NCBI GenBank assembly: GCA_014905635.1
Contig: JABVCE010000011.1
Location: 62,001-126,000, forward strand
Direction: 5' to 3'
Origin: Scenedesmus sp. PABB004
Taxonomy: Eukaryota
Length of the DNA: 64,000 bases
A program made the position numbers and the translations under genes. This document shows, in pieces, positions 20,577 through 33,406 of this stretch; within the stretch, counting starts at the first letter, position 1; every line of letters starts with the position of its first letter. The notes beneath the pieces were generated by a model. That model was not told the origin of the DNA. It saw only the letters and a list, made by a program, of their open reading frames with translations, and made no database searches.

Positions 20577-23500
20577 ATGCACGGCAGCGCGGCGCAGGCG
20601 GCGCCGGCGGGCGCGCGGCGCGCCGCCGCGGCCGCGCCGCCGCCGCCGGGGCCGGGCCCCGTGCCCGAGGACGACCCCTCGCTCGCCTACCTGCTGGGCC
20701 TGCTGGAGCAGATCGCCAAGGAGGACCCGGGGGGCGTGTTTGACGCGCCCGTCGACGGCGCGGCGGTGCCGGGGTACGCCGACAAGATCAAGCACCCGAT
20801 GTGCTTCGCCGCAATGCGCGACGCGCTGCGCGCGCGGCGCTACCGCACGCTGCGCGCGTTTGCGCGCGACTTCGAGCTCATCTGCGAGAACGCCAAGTGC
20901 GGCGCGGCGCGCGGCAGTCGCGCGGCGGCGGCGGAGGGCAGGGGCAGGGCGGGAGCGGGGCGTGGGCGCGCGGCCGCGGCACAGCGGCGGCGGCGAGTCG
21001 AGATCCGCGCCGCGCCGCCCCCGCGCCGCGCCGCAGGACGTTCAACCCGCCGCAGCACCGCATCCACAAGCTCGCCATCAACATGCAGCGCGCGGGGCGC
21101 AAGCTGCTGCAGACGCACGAGCTGCCGGCGCGCCGCGCGCTGCACAGCCTGCACCCCGACGGCCCCCGCGCCGCCGCGCTGGAGGAGGAGGCGGCGGTGT
21201 TGAGCGTGCGCGGCGAGGAGGCGCGCGCGAGCGCGCTGCTGCTGTCCGGCCCCGGCGCGCACGCGCCGGGCGGCGCCGACGACGCCGGCGCGCCACCGCG
21301 CGGCCCGGCCGAGCCGCCGCCCAAGCCCTACGCCCCAGTTGCGGAGGACCTCGGCGCGGCGCACCTGCTCTGGGACGCCGCGAACGAGCAGCTCGGCCCC
21401 GGCGACTGGGGCCTGCTGTTTCGGGAGCTGCCTGACGCCTCGCTCGACGCGCTCGCGGCGGCGGTGCGGCAGCCAGCGGCGTTCACGGCGTACGCGCGGG
21501 CGGCGGGGCAGCAGGCGGCGGGGCAGCAGCAGGCGACGGAGCAGGCGCACGCGGCGGAGCAGGCCCAGCAGCAGCAGGGGCAGGCGGCCCCCGAGCAGCC
21601 GGCGCAGCAGCAGCAGGAGCTGCAGCAGCAGCCGGTGCAGCCGGCGGCGGGAGGGCAAGCGGGCCAGGCGACGCCGGCGGCGCAGCAGCCGGCGGGCGTC
21701 GCGCCCGGGCCGCTGGGCTCGCGGGGCTGGCGGCACGCGCGGCAGCCGGTCGCGTGGCGCTGCCGCTGGCTGCACGCGCGCATCCAGGAGCTGAGCGAGA
21801 TGGTCGGCCTCCTGGCGGCGCCGGGGAGCACGCTGCCCACCGCCAGCCCTGCGCCCGGCGCGGCGGGCGCGGCCGCCGGCGACGCGCCCGCGCCCGCGGG
21901 CGCGAGCGCGGGCGCGGGCGCGGGCGCGGCGGCCAGCAGCGCTGACGCCGGCGACGGGCCGTCGCTGCTGCAGGTGCAGCGGGGCGGCGTGCTGCTGCCG
22001 CAGCACCTCGCGGCGGCGGGCACGCCGGAGGCCATCCTGCGGGGGCCGTTCTTTGCGGCGCAGCTGGCGGGCAGCCACGCGGAGCTGCCGCCGCCGCTGC
22101 CGCCGCGGCAGCCCGCGGCGGGCGGCGCGGCCCCCGGCGGCGCGGCGCGGGCGGCGCCGGCAGCGGAGCAGCAGCGCGAGGGGCAGGGCGAGACGCCGAC
22201 CAAGTCGGGCGTGGCGCAGCAGGGCGGCGAGGCCATGGACGTGGACGCGCCGGGGGAGCCCGCGCCCGGCGCAGCAGCGGCCGGCGCGGCGCGGCCGGCG
22301 CCGACGCGGCCCGACAAGCAGCAGCGCGGCACCACGAGCGGCACCGACCCCGGCGCCGCCGCGCCGCCCGGCGGCGACGACGCGGTGAGCCGGCCGCCCG
22401 CGGGCGCGGGCGAGCCCGGCGCCGCCGCCACGGGCGGCGCGCAGGGGGTCGACGCCGACGCGGCGCTGCTGTTCAGCAGCCTGCAGCTGGTGGAGCACAG
22501 CCTGGTCGCGGCGCGGCTGATGATGAGCCGGTCGTTTGGCATGGAGGTCTCGCTCGCGCCCGCGGGCGTGCGGCTCGGGCAGTTCACCGCGGCGCGCGTG
22601 GTCGGCGACGCCGGCGGCGGGCGCGGCCAGAAGCGCGCGGGGCTCGGCCTCGCGCGCGGCGGCAGCGGCATGCTCGGCGGCGCGCGCGGGCTGACGCGCG
22701 AGGGCTCTCTCGCCGGCAGCTTCAAGCGGCGGCGCGTCGAGCGCAGCGGCATGGGCGGTCTCGCCGGCAGCATCGACGACGACGGAGTGCTCAGCCCCAG
22801 CGCCTCCCTGCCGGCGCGCCTGCTCGAGCGCTCGGTGAGCCGCGCAGCGCAGGCGCGGGGCAGGGCGCCGCGCGGCCACGCCCGCGCGCACGCCGCCGAC
22901 GCCGACGGCCGCCCTCGCCCCGCCCTCGCCCTGCCCTCGCCCTGCCCTCGCCGTGCCCTCGCCCGCCGCCGCCGCGCCCTTCCGCAGGCGACGTCAATCC
23001 ACATCCCCAGCGTGCGTGAGATCCCGCGCGAGGAGTGGGACGCGCGGCGTTCCGCCGCGACGGCGTGGCGCCGCATCGTCGCGCAGCACGGCCCGCGCAA
23101 CGGCATGGCCCGCCCGCCGCCCGAGGTGCGCGCGCCCGGCGCGCCGCCCCGCGCGCCGCCCCGCGCGCTGCCCCGCGCGCCGCCCCGCGCGCTGCCCCGC
23201 GCGCCGCGCCCTGCGCCGACCTCTCACCCAGCGCTGCGCCGCGGCGCAGGTGCGGCGCGTGCTGGAGGCGGCCGCGGCCGCAGAGGGCAGCAGCAGCGAG
23301 GACACGAGCGATGAGGCCTACGCTGCGCTGCACAAGCCGCTGGAGGAGGACGAGCACCTCCGGCTCTGCGGCCCCACGGGTGCGCGCCGCTCGGCACGCG
23401 GGGGCGGCGGGCGGCTGCGCGGCCGGCGGCGGGCAAGCTCGCGCTCGCGCTCGCGTGGACGGGCCGGGCCCCTGACGCCTGCCCGCGCCGCGCGGCGCAG

Positions 23501-24453
23501 GCGGCGGGCGCAAGCGAAACAAGAACAAGACGGCGGGGCTGGGCCAGGGCGGCGGCACGTCCAAGCAGCAGCAGCAGGCGCAGCAGCAGGCGGGCCAGCG
23601 GCAGGCGGAGCAGCCGCCGCAGCAGCAGGACTCGCCGTTTGCCAACAGGCAGCACTCGCTGCCGCAGGACGGCCTTGACCAGCAGCCGGGGAGCCCGCCC
23701 GCGCCCGCCAGCGGCTCGCGCGGCAAGGCTGCCAAGGCCGCCGGCGCGGGCGGTGCGCCTGCGGCGGCGGGGCGGAGCGCCAGTGGCCCGCTGGCCGGCG
23801 GCGCCGCCGGCCTGCCCACTTCGCCGGGCAGGGCGGGCGACTCGGCGGCCGCTGCGGCCGCCGCCGCGCTCGCCGCGGCCGCGGCCAGCAGCGCCGGCGG
23901 CACCGGCCTGCCAGGCGCGCCCGCCGCGGCCGGCGGCCTCGCGCTCGGGGGCGGCGGGCTGGCGCTGCCGGCGCAGCAGCAGCAGCAGCCGGTGCAGCAG
24001 TCGGGCGGCCAACCCCCGCAGGCGACCGTCGCGGCCACGAGCCCCGCCGCGCCGGCGCAGGCAGCGGGCGCGGCTGCTGCGCCGGCTGTATTCCACGCCG
24101 GCGCGCCGGCGGCGCAGCCGCAGCCGCTGCAGGCAGCGCAGCAGCAGCTGAACGTCGCCGCGCTCGCCGCGCCGGCGCGCGCCAACGGCGCTCTGGCCGC
24201 CAGCGACGCGCCGCACGGCAAGGACGCGGCGGGCAAAGAGGCAGGGGCGCCCGGCGCCAAGCCGGGCGGGGGCGCGGCGTGCGACCGCAGCCGCAGCCCC
24301 GCCGCCGCCGGCGGCACGCCGACTGTCGCTGCGAGCACGCGGCGCGCGCAGGCGGCGGCCTCCACCGGCAAGGGCCGCAGCAGCAGCGGCAGCCGCGCGC
24401 GCCCCGCGGCGCCCGGGGCCGGCCGGGGCGGCCGGGAGCGCAAGGGCAGGTGA
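20577..24453 (+). CDS. Bromodomain protein with PEHE-like motif (NSL1/MSL1-like scaffold candidate)
   Basis: DPGGVFDAPVD...PGYADKIKHPMCF...DFELICENAKTFN bromodomain; WRCRWLHARIQEL; IHIPSVREI...EDTSDEAYAALHKPLEEDE. Confidence 0.85.
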
Positions 24454-24933
24454 CGAGCTTGGGCGGTGAGCCGGTGCCGTGTGTGCGCGGTGCGGGCTGT
24501 AACGCTGGGCTTTGCCGCGCCTCGACCGCCGCCGGCGGCGGTTGCCGTCGATCACCACAGCCCGCCCCGCCTCACAGCGCCCGCACCGCGCGAGCGAGCG
24601 AGATCGACGCCACGCACCAAAGGCAGCAGCGCTGAGCACAGCCGACTTGCCGCGGCCTCGCGCTGCCAACGCGCTCGCCTCGCCTCTGCTCTGCACGCTG
24701 GGCGGCTGCGCGGCACGAGCTGCGGAGCGAGCCAGCGGCGCCGACAGTCGACCGCTGCTGCTGCTGGCGTGCAGCGGCCGCTGCTGGCGCTGGGAGGCCC
24801 TGCTCGCTGCGGCCCCGCTCCTGGACGCGCCCCGGCATGCGCGCTGACGGAAGGCACCACCGCCCGGCCCGCCCGCGGCGCGGCCCCTAGCGCCGTGCGC
24901 GACGCCGGCCGCCTCAACAGCAGCGCTGCTGCC

Positions 24934-26544
24934 ATGCGCGCGGCGCCGGCGGTCGCGGCCCGCGGGCCGCCGCGCCAGGCGGTGCGTGCGCTGGCCCCCG
25001 GCCACGCGCCCCGCCGGCGGCGCGCCGCCGTCGCTGCGCCCGCCAGCCGGGCGCGGCCGGCCGAGGGCACGTCCGCGCCGGACGCGCTCATCGCGCCGCT
25101 CGCCCCGGGCGCGCGCGTGGTCCCGCTGCCGTCCCTCGCCGCGGCCGAGGCGGCGGCGGCCGCGGACGCAGCGCCCGACGGCGCGCCGGCGCAGCGGCGG
25201 GGGCGCAACGCGCGGCACGACAGCCGGCGCGGCGCGCTGGTCAAGATTCGGGTGCCGCCGCGCAGGTGGGGGGCGTGCCGCCCGCGCGGGTGCAGGCGCG
25301 GCCGGCCCGCCAGCCCACCCGCCGCCGCGGCCGCGCCCGCGGCCGCGCAGGGCGCGCCTGCGCAAGAGCTTTGACGCGCCGCGCCGCGTCGACGCGCGGC
25401 CCACTGACCCGGGCTTTGAGGGGCGGCTGCTCAGCGAAATCAGCAGCTGCTACGGCCCGCGGTGCGGCGCGCGGCGCGGCGCGGCGGCGCGAGGCGCGGG
25501 CCCCGCGCTGCGGCCCCGGCCGCGCAGCAGCCGCGCTCACCGCGCCCGTGCCGCGCCGCGCGCGCGCAGGCAATTGGCGCACCTGCTGCGCCAATTTGCC
25601 CCGCACCTGACCGCGGCGCACGCGGCGGCGGCGCTCAGCCTGCTGGCGGGCATGGCTACCGGCAGGGAGCTGGCGCGGCGCGAGCTGGAGCAGACGTACC
25701 ACGCGCCCGCGGCGCTCGCGGCAGAGCGCCTGCTGGCACGCATCAGTCAGGCAGGCCCGCTCGACTGCGCGCGGTGCGGCGCGGCAGCGGCGGCGGCGGA
25801 GCGGCAGCGGCGGCGCGCACGGAGGGCGGACGCCGCGGCAAGGGGGGGGGGCGCAGCCGCAGCCGCGTGACGGCCCCCGCCGCCGCTCCGCCGCCGCGCG
25901 CCGTCTGCCCGCAGCGCCGCGTACGGCCTCGCGCGCCTGCAGCTGCACCAGCCGGCGCTGCTGGACGCGGTGGCGGCGCACACACGCGGGCAGCTCGCGG
26001 CGGCGACGCCGCAGGCGCTCGGCGGGCTCGCTGCGGGGCTCGCGCACTGGGGCCACCACCCCGGCGACGCGTGGGTGCAGGAGCTCTGCACCGAGGCGTT
26101 CGCGCAGATGTCTGCGTTCAGCGCGCAGGTGGGCGCGCGAGCCCGCGGCCGGGCCCCCCTGCGCGCGGCTCCCCTGCGCGCGCTGCCTGCGGCGCCCGCT
26201 GCCGCGTGTGTGCGTCGACGTCGACGATCGACCGCCGCCGCGTCGTCCGCCGCGTCGGGCGCAGGACCTGGCCAACCTTCTGTTTGCGCTGTCGGTGTGG
26301 CGCGTGCCCTGCAGCCAGGCGTTCCTGCAGCGCGCGCTCGCCGCCTTCCGGGGGCACTGGGGCGCCGCGGGGTGCCACGCGCCGACGCTCGTGCGCTTTG
26401 CGTACGCGCTCACGCAGCTCCCGCCCTGCACGCCGCTGCCGGCGGGGCTCGCGGCCACGCTGCCGCCGGGCGCGCCGGCGTACCAGCACCACGCCGAGTG
26501 GCGCGCGGCGCGCCGGCTGCGCGCGGTCGGCGACGCGCTGGATG

Positions 26545-26576
<32 letters not shown>

Positions 26577-27639
26577 CAGGAGCAGGAGCAGGCGGCGTGG
26601 CAACTGGAGCGGGCGCCGGACAGCCGACGCGGGCGGCGCCGCAGCCGGGGCGACGGCAGCTACGGCGGCAGCGGCTTTCTCGTGCCCGACGGCGCGACGC
26701 CGGACGAGCCCGGCGGTGGCGGCGGCGGCGGCGGCAGCTACCGGCTGCCTAGCTTCAACTGGCTCGTCGCGTTCCTGGCCGAGTGCCGGCGCCAGGTCGA
26801 CGTCATGCGCCCCGGCGAGCTCTCGACGCTGCTGTGGGCCTGCGCCGAGCTCAACCACGCGCCCGATCTGGTATTCATGCGCGCGTGGTTCCGGGCGAGC
26901 GCGGCGCGCATGCACGCGTTCACGCCCGGCGGCCTCGCAGCGGCGCTCGCGGCGCTCGGCGCGCTGCAGCCCGGGCGCGGCGTGCCCGGCGCAGTCTCGG
27001 CGCGCTGGCTGTCCGCCGCGCTGTCGCGCTCGCGCGAGGTGCTGCCCGACGCGAGCGGCGGCGAGCTCGCCAAGCTGCTGTGGGGCTTTGCCGAGCTGCG
27101 CTTCTGGCCGGGGCAGGCCTGGATGGACGGCTGGCAGGCTGGTGCGCGCGGCGCGGCGCGGCGGCACGCGCCGAGGCGCCGCGGCGCCGCTCGGGCGGCC
27201 CCCCGCCGCCGTGCGCCCACATCACAACTGCCGCCGCCGCCGCCGCCACCGCCGCGGGCACGCAGCCGCGCTGCCGCAGCTGCCGGGCATGGCGCCGGAG
27301 GACCTCGCCGACGCGGCGTGGGCGCTCGGCCGCCTGCGCTACGCGCCGCCCGAGCCCTGGGCCGCCGCGCTGAGCGCGGCGGTGACCGCCGCGCTGCCGG
27401 ACCTCAGCGCGGCCGACCTCGCGCGGCTGATCTGGGCGTACAGTGCGCTGCGCCTCCGCCCCGAGCGCGGCTGGCTGCTTGCGTTCAAGGCGGCCGCGGG
27501 CGGCGCGTATGGCGGCGACGGTGCGGCGGCGCTCGCGCGGCACGTGGCCGGCCTGCTCGCGCAGCAGAACCGCGCGCAGTTTGGCGGCGGCGGCGGCGGC
27601 GCCGGGCAGCGCGCGGCGCCGGAGCGGGAGCCGCCGTGA
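24934..27639 (+). CDS. Octotricopeptide-repeat (OPR)-like organellar RNA-binding protein
   Basis: Repeats AQDLANLLFALSVW, PGELSTLLWACAEL, GGELAKLLWGFAEL, PEDLADAAWALGRLRYAPPEPW and AADLARLIWAYSAL; transit-peptide-like N-terminus. Confidence 0.82.
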
Positions 27640-27681
27640 CCGGCAGGGGAGGGGCTCGGCCCGACTGTTAACGCGGAGCAC

Positions 27682-30600
27682 TCACGCGCTTGGCGCCGCT
27701 GCGCGTCCCGTGCGCGCGCGTCGTACGTCGGCCGGCGGCTGGTGCACCGGCCCGGCACGTGCCGGCCAGCTGTGCAGCTGTGCGCGGTGCCCCGCCGCCC
27801 AACACTGCTGCCAATTGGGCAGCAGTCTTGCGAAGAACGAGGGATGTCGCGCGCTGCTGGCCGCACGTCCAGTCACCCGCGGCGGGCAGCCGCTGCTGCG
27901 CGCGGGGAAAAAAGCAATGGCAGTCCAGCGCACACAATTCTGCCCGCCCGCCTCAACTGCTGCCGCTGCTGTCGCTGCCGCTGCCGGTGCCGCTGTCGCT
28001 GCCGCTGCTGCTGCCGCTGCTTTCGCTCGCGCTGCTGCTGGCGTCGCTGGCGCCCGGGCCGGCCGCCGCGCTGCCCGCGTCGCCGGGCGGCTGCGCCGCC
28101 GCCGCAGCGCTGACAAAGGCGGCCGCGGCGCCGTCGCTGACCGCCACGCTGCCCCCGCCTTGCGCCCCGCGGCCGGCGGCGCGCCGCCGTCGCGCGGTGC
28201 CGCGCCGTTGGCCGGCGGCGCGCCACCGCCCGCGGCGCCGGGCCCGCCGCCGCTGGTGTCGTGGCTCGTGCGCGCGACCGCGCTGCGGTAGCTCGCGCTG
28301 CCGCCGGCGTCGGCCGGCGCGCCCGCCGCCGCCGCGGCGCCGCCGAGCGCGGCGAGCTTGGCCTCCAGCGCGGCCGCCGCGTCGGCGCTGAGCGGCCCGC
28401 CCGGTGCGCCGTCCTCCTCCTCCTCCATGCTCGACTCGGGCGAGTCGTAGCTGTACGACCGCACCTGCGCGCCACGCAAGGGCCGTGTCAATGAGCCGTG
28501 CGTCACGCGGCTGGCCCCTCGCGCCCGCCCGTGCCCGCGCGCCCCAGCGCGCCCCAGCACGCCCCAGCACGCCGCCGCGGCGCCGCGGCCGCGGCCGCGC
28601 CTGGCTGAGCTCGTGCACGCTCGCGCGCCAGCCGCGCAGCATGAGCAGGAAGACGCCCGCCATAACCGGCATCGTCCCCACCACGCTCCCCGCGCTGCCG
28701 AGCAGCAGCGCCTGCTGCAGCAGGCTGCCCGCCGACTTGCCCGTCTGCGGCGGCGCGCGGCGCAGCGCGGCGCGGCGGCGGCGGCGACGTGAGCGCGCAC
28801 ACCCGCACGCCCGCGCACGCTGCCGCGCGTGCGCCGGCTCCCCCGCCTGCTGCATGCGCCGCGCCGCGTGCCTGCGCGCCGACGACGTCGATGGCGGCCT
28901 TGCCGCGCGTGCGCCCGTCGTCGTCGAGCGTGATGTACACCATCTCCTCCGCCGGCTTGAACAGGCTGAACTTGGCGCCTGCGGGCGTGGTTGGTGAGGG
29001 CGGTTGTGAGGGCGGTTGCGAGGGCGGCGGCGTGGGGCGTGTGTGGTGGAGGCGGCGGCGCGGGTGTGGTGGGTGTGGTGGGCGGCGTGGGTGGGGCGGG
29101 TGGGGTGGCGGCTCGGGCGGACGGAGGAGGACAACGGAGGAGGAGGGAGAGGGGAGGGAGACGAGGAAGAGGGGGAGGAGGGAGGACGAGGACGAGGAGG
29201 AGGGGAGGCGCGGCGGCGCGGCGGCGCGGCGGCGCGGCGGCGCGGCGGCGCGGCGGCGGCGGCGGCGGCGGCGCGGCGGCGGTGGCGCACCCTTGCCAAA
29301 GACATACAGCACCGCGCCCGCGAGCACGAGGCCCTGGAGCAGCGCGAGCCCCGCGGCGCCGCCCGCGGCGGCGCCGCTGGCGGCCGCGGCCGCGCCAAAG
29401 GTGTGCTGGTACGCGATGCACGCGGCAAAGAAGGCCGACCCGCCGACGAGCAGGATGTTGGGCGTCGCGACCGCGACGCCGCGCCAGCCGAGGCGGTCAA
29501 ACAGCAGCGGCGAGAGCAGCATGAGCCCGCCCGTCACGACGCCGCTCCACGTCGCGACGTCGCCTGCGCGCCGCACCGCGCCGCGCGGCGGCGGGGGCGG
29601 GGCGTCGGCGGCGGGCGGGGTCTAGGGTTCAGGTCGTCGAGCCCTGGGCCCTGCGCCGCCCTGATGGCAGAGGGCAGGCACCCCCGCGCGCACCCAGGAA
29701 GCCGGTGAAGTCTGCCGGGTCGGGGTACAGCAGGCGCATGTGGACCTTCCACGCAAACTCCATGAGGCTGTTGCACAGCCCCTGCGCGAGGCTCATCACC
29801 GCGAGGCAGCGAATCTCTAGCACGCTGCCGAGCACCGCGATGCTCTCCCACGCGCTGGGCGGCTTGGCGGCCGGCGGCTGCGCGGCGCCCGCCAGCGCCG
29901 CCGGCGGCGGCGCGGCGGCGGCGGCGCCGCCGACGTGCGGGCGGCCGCTGTTGTGGCGCGGGCGGTGGGCGCCGCGCTTCGCGGCCGCGGCGGCGGTGAT
30001 GTGGTTTTGCAGCACCATCGCCACGCCTACACAAGGCGACGGCGGCGCGCGGCGGGCAGTGGGCGTGAGGCGCGTGCGGGGCGACCGCTGCGCCCGCGCG
30101 CTGCTGCGCCCGCGCGCAGCGCGCACCGGCGATGCAGATGACCGCCGCCATCGACACGCGCAGCGCGCCGCCAAAGTCGGCGGCGGCGCGGAAGGTCGTG
30201 GCCTGCGCACGCGCGGCGCGCGCGGGGGCGCGGTCGGCCGGCGTGCGCGAGCGCCGCTCGCGCACTCGAGCTGCAGCTGGAGTGCCCAGCCCCCTTCCCC
30301 TTTCTGTCCCCCTCGCCACCGCGCCAGCCCTGCCGCGCCGCCGCCGCCGCGCCTTGAGCACGACGCCCGCGAGCGCCTGCGCGAGGTTGGCGCCGAGGCC
30401 AAAGAGCGGGTAGAGCGTCGCGGCGTCGCTGAGGCTGGTCGTGTCGTTGGCGAGGCCCCAGAACAGCAGGCCCATGCACACGTCGCCCCAGAGCTCGGCC
30501 ATGCAGAAGAAGAGCGTGTAGGTCCAGTTGCGCAGCATGCCCACGCCGCCGGCGAGGCCGCGCGGCAGCGCCTGCGGCGACGACGGCGGGCGCGGGCGGG

Positions 30601-31509
30601 GTGAGTCGCGGCGGCGGCGGCCGAGGCTGCGGCCGCGCTCTGCGCGCGCGGCGCGCGCGCTTGGCCCTCCCCTTCCGTCCCTCCCGCCGCGCGCCGCGCG
30701 CCGCGCGCCGCGCGCCGCCGCGCCTGCTGCAGCGCGTCGGCGAGCGCGTGCGGGTGCAGCGCGTGTGCGTTGGGGTAGAGCAGCAGGCCAAAGGCCGCAA
30801 AGAAGGCCATGAAGGCGGCGAGTATGGCGTTGAAGAGCGCGGGCCGGCTGAGGCGGCGGCTCGCCGCGGAGAAGGCGAGGAGGAAGGCGACCGACACGGG
30901 CAGCACCGCGTAGACGGTGAGGTAGGGGATGACCATCGCGCCGCCGCCGGGCGCGGTGATGACGAGCGTGTCCTTGAGCGAGTCGAGGATGGTGTTGACA
31001 AAGGAGAGGCAGAAGAAGAGGGAGAGCATCGGCATGAAGCTCCGCCACAGGCCGCGCAGGCGCGACGCCGCGGCGGCCGCGTCGGCGGCCGCGCCGGCCG
31101 CGGCGGCGCGCAGGCGCGCCGCGGCCGCGAGCGCGGCGGCCGGCCCGCGCGGCGCGGCGGCGTCGCCGCCGAGCGCCGCCGCGGCGGCGCCGCGCCCGCC
31201 GCCGCCGCTTCTGCTGCTGCTGCTGCTGCACCAGCGGCCGCGCAGCAGCTGCTGCTGCTGCGGATGCTGCCCTTGCTGCTGCTGCTGCTGCCGCGGCTGC
31301 TGCTGCTGGCGCCGCCGCTGCCACGGCGGGCCGGCGCCGCACGCGCACGGCCACCGCGGCAGCGCCGCCGCTGCGGTTTCCACCGAGCGCTGCAGCGGCG
31401 CCCGCGGCGCCGGCAGGCACGGCCGCGGCGCCAGCGCCTGCTGCAGCGCCGCGCCGTGCGGGCGCGGCTGCGCCGGCCCCGCCGCCGCCGGCCATGGCCG
31501 CGGCTGCAT
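27682..31509 (-). CDS. Plastid-type ATP/ADP translocase (NTT/TLC family); 3' end uncertain
   Basis: FVNTILDSLKDTLVIT, RNWTYTLFFCMAELWG, LFWGLAN, KGAKFSLFKPAEEMVYITLD, GKAAIDVVG and GKSAGSLLQQ. Confidence 0.92.
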
Positions 31510-33406
31510 GGCCGCGGCTGCGGGCGGCGCTGCTGGCGTGTGCTCCTGTGGATCGTCGGGCGGCGTGGAGTGAGCGAGGCGAGCGGCGAGGCGCCCGCGT
31601 CGGCGCGGCGGCGCTGCTGCGCGGCGCGGCTGGGGCCTGCACCGCACAGGCGAGCGTGCCGCTCTGCCTGATCGCGTGGGACGCTTACTGAGCTGCAGCT
31701 CGCTGCCTGGCCGGCGCGGGCCGCTTGGCGGGCGCAGGAGGGCGGGATGCCTCCCGCTGCAGCTGCTGCCGCGCCGCCGGGGCCGGGCCGCGCGGTGCGC
31801 CGTGCCCGGCCGAACCATGTTATTGCCCTCCGCACCTGACGAGCGCTGGCCGGCCGCAGCGAGTCGGGACGCGCGCGTGCCGCTGTGGCGGGCGCAGGAC
31901 GCTGCCGCGGTGGGGCCGCGCGCGGTGAGGAGACCGCAGCGCTGGTCGAGTGTGGACTGTGTGTTCGTGGCTGGCGGGGCAGGGCCGCCGCAGCGCTCGT
32001 GCGCGGCGGTCCGCGCCCCCGCTGCGCCGCCGCCCGCGCGGCTGCCGCTCGCGCGCGGGGACCTGCTTTTGATTGCATCGCCATCGCCATCAACACACCT
32101 GGGCGGCACCCACTGAAACCAACTCAGAGAGCAGGCAGAGCACAGCCGCGCAGACGCCCCTCACGCATCCGCAGAAGCAAGGAGGGAGAGGGTTTTGAGG
32201 AGAGGGTGGCGTGACGCGTGCTCGTGATCGATCAAATGCAAGTGTGCCTGTGTGTGAACACAGCGTCGACAACTCCCAGCCCAAGGGACGCATTCGTCCT
32301 TGCTCAGTCCCGAGCTTGCGTGCGAACAACGACGACGACAACTCGCGCGCACCTGCCGCGTGCGGCATCCCTTGCGCAACCGCAGTGACGTGAGGTGATC
32401 GAGTACCGGGGGCCCGGGGGCGTGGCCCGCGCCGCACGGCGGCGCGCCGCCGCCGGCCGTTCAAGAATGTGAGGGGTGCGTCGCTGCAGACGCCGACGAG
32501 AGCCCGCGCTCGCGCTGAGTGGTGTGGCGATCCGACCGGATGGCGGTCGGGAGTGCCCGAGTTGAGTTGATGGGTTGAGCGGTGGACCATGAGAGCTTGG
32601 GAGCGCTCCCCCATGCAATGCAAGGTCATCCCGGGTGCTGCGACCTTGGTGGGGGACGCCCACACAGCGAGCAGCCGCACCGACCGATCGCTGCCATCAG
32701 TATTGCATCCGTGTGCAGGTCGCACGACAGCACAGCGCGCACAAGTCGCTCCACCCGGCGAGCCCGCTTTGTGCGCGCCCCAGCGCCACACTGAAACCGC
32801 CAGCAACGGCCACATTCGGCCCTTCTTGTGGGCAGCGCCGCGCGGCCTGACCGACTCTCCCATTGCGTGCGCACGCTCCCGGGCAGCGCGGTGACGCTTG
32901 CGCGCCGCCAGGGCTGCAATTGGCGCCCGGCGTCGAACCAAGCACGAATCAGCACACGGAACCCCTGACGCTGCGCGCTGACCGCCGCAGCGGGGCTGCA
33001 GCGACGGCCGGGCGTGCGAGGCGCCGAGGACGCGCGCCGCCAGTGCAGCGGTAGTAGCCAATCCGTCGCACACAGACTCGGCGCAAGGCGATGGAGAATG
33101 GAAGGAAAGGAATGATGAATGACCAACCACGCCATCGTACGGCTAGGTGCTCCGGTGCACGGGAGCAGGCGATGGGTTTGGGGGGAGGGGACAGCGGGCC
33201 GCCGGCGTGGTCGGCGGCCGCGCTTGCTCGCCGAAGCAATTGAGTGAGAGAGGGGGGCGGCCGGGGGCACTCAGTCACGCGGCTGGACCGCCGCCCCCGT
33301 CTCCTCAGCGTGCCAGGTGCCATCGTGCGGGACAGTGTGGGAAAGCCCCAACCTAAGCAGGGAAGACGCCTGCACAAGTGGGCTCCGTCGCCCAACTAGG
33401 CAACGC

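Noticed and set aside
32606..32656. Imperfect hairpin as an ncRNA
   Set aside because: Only short stems and no recognisable family motifs.
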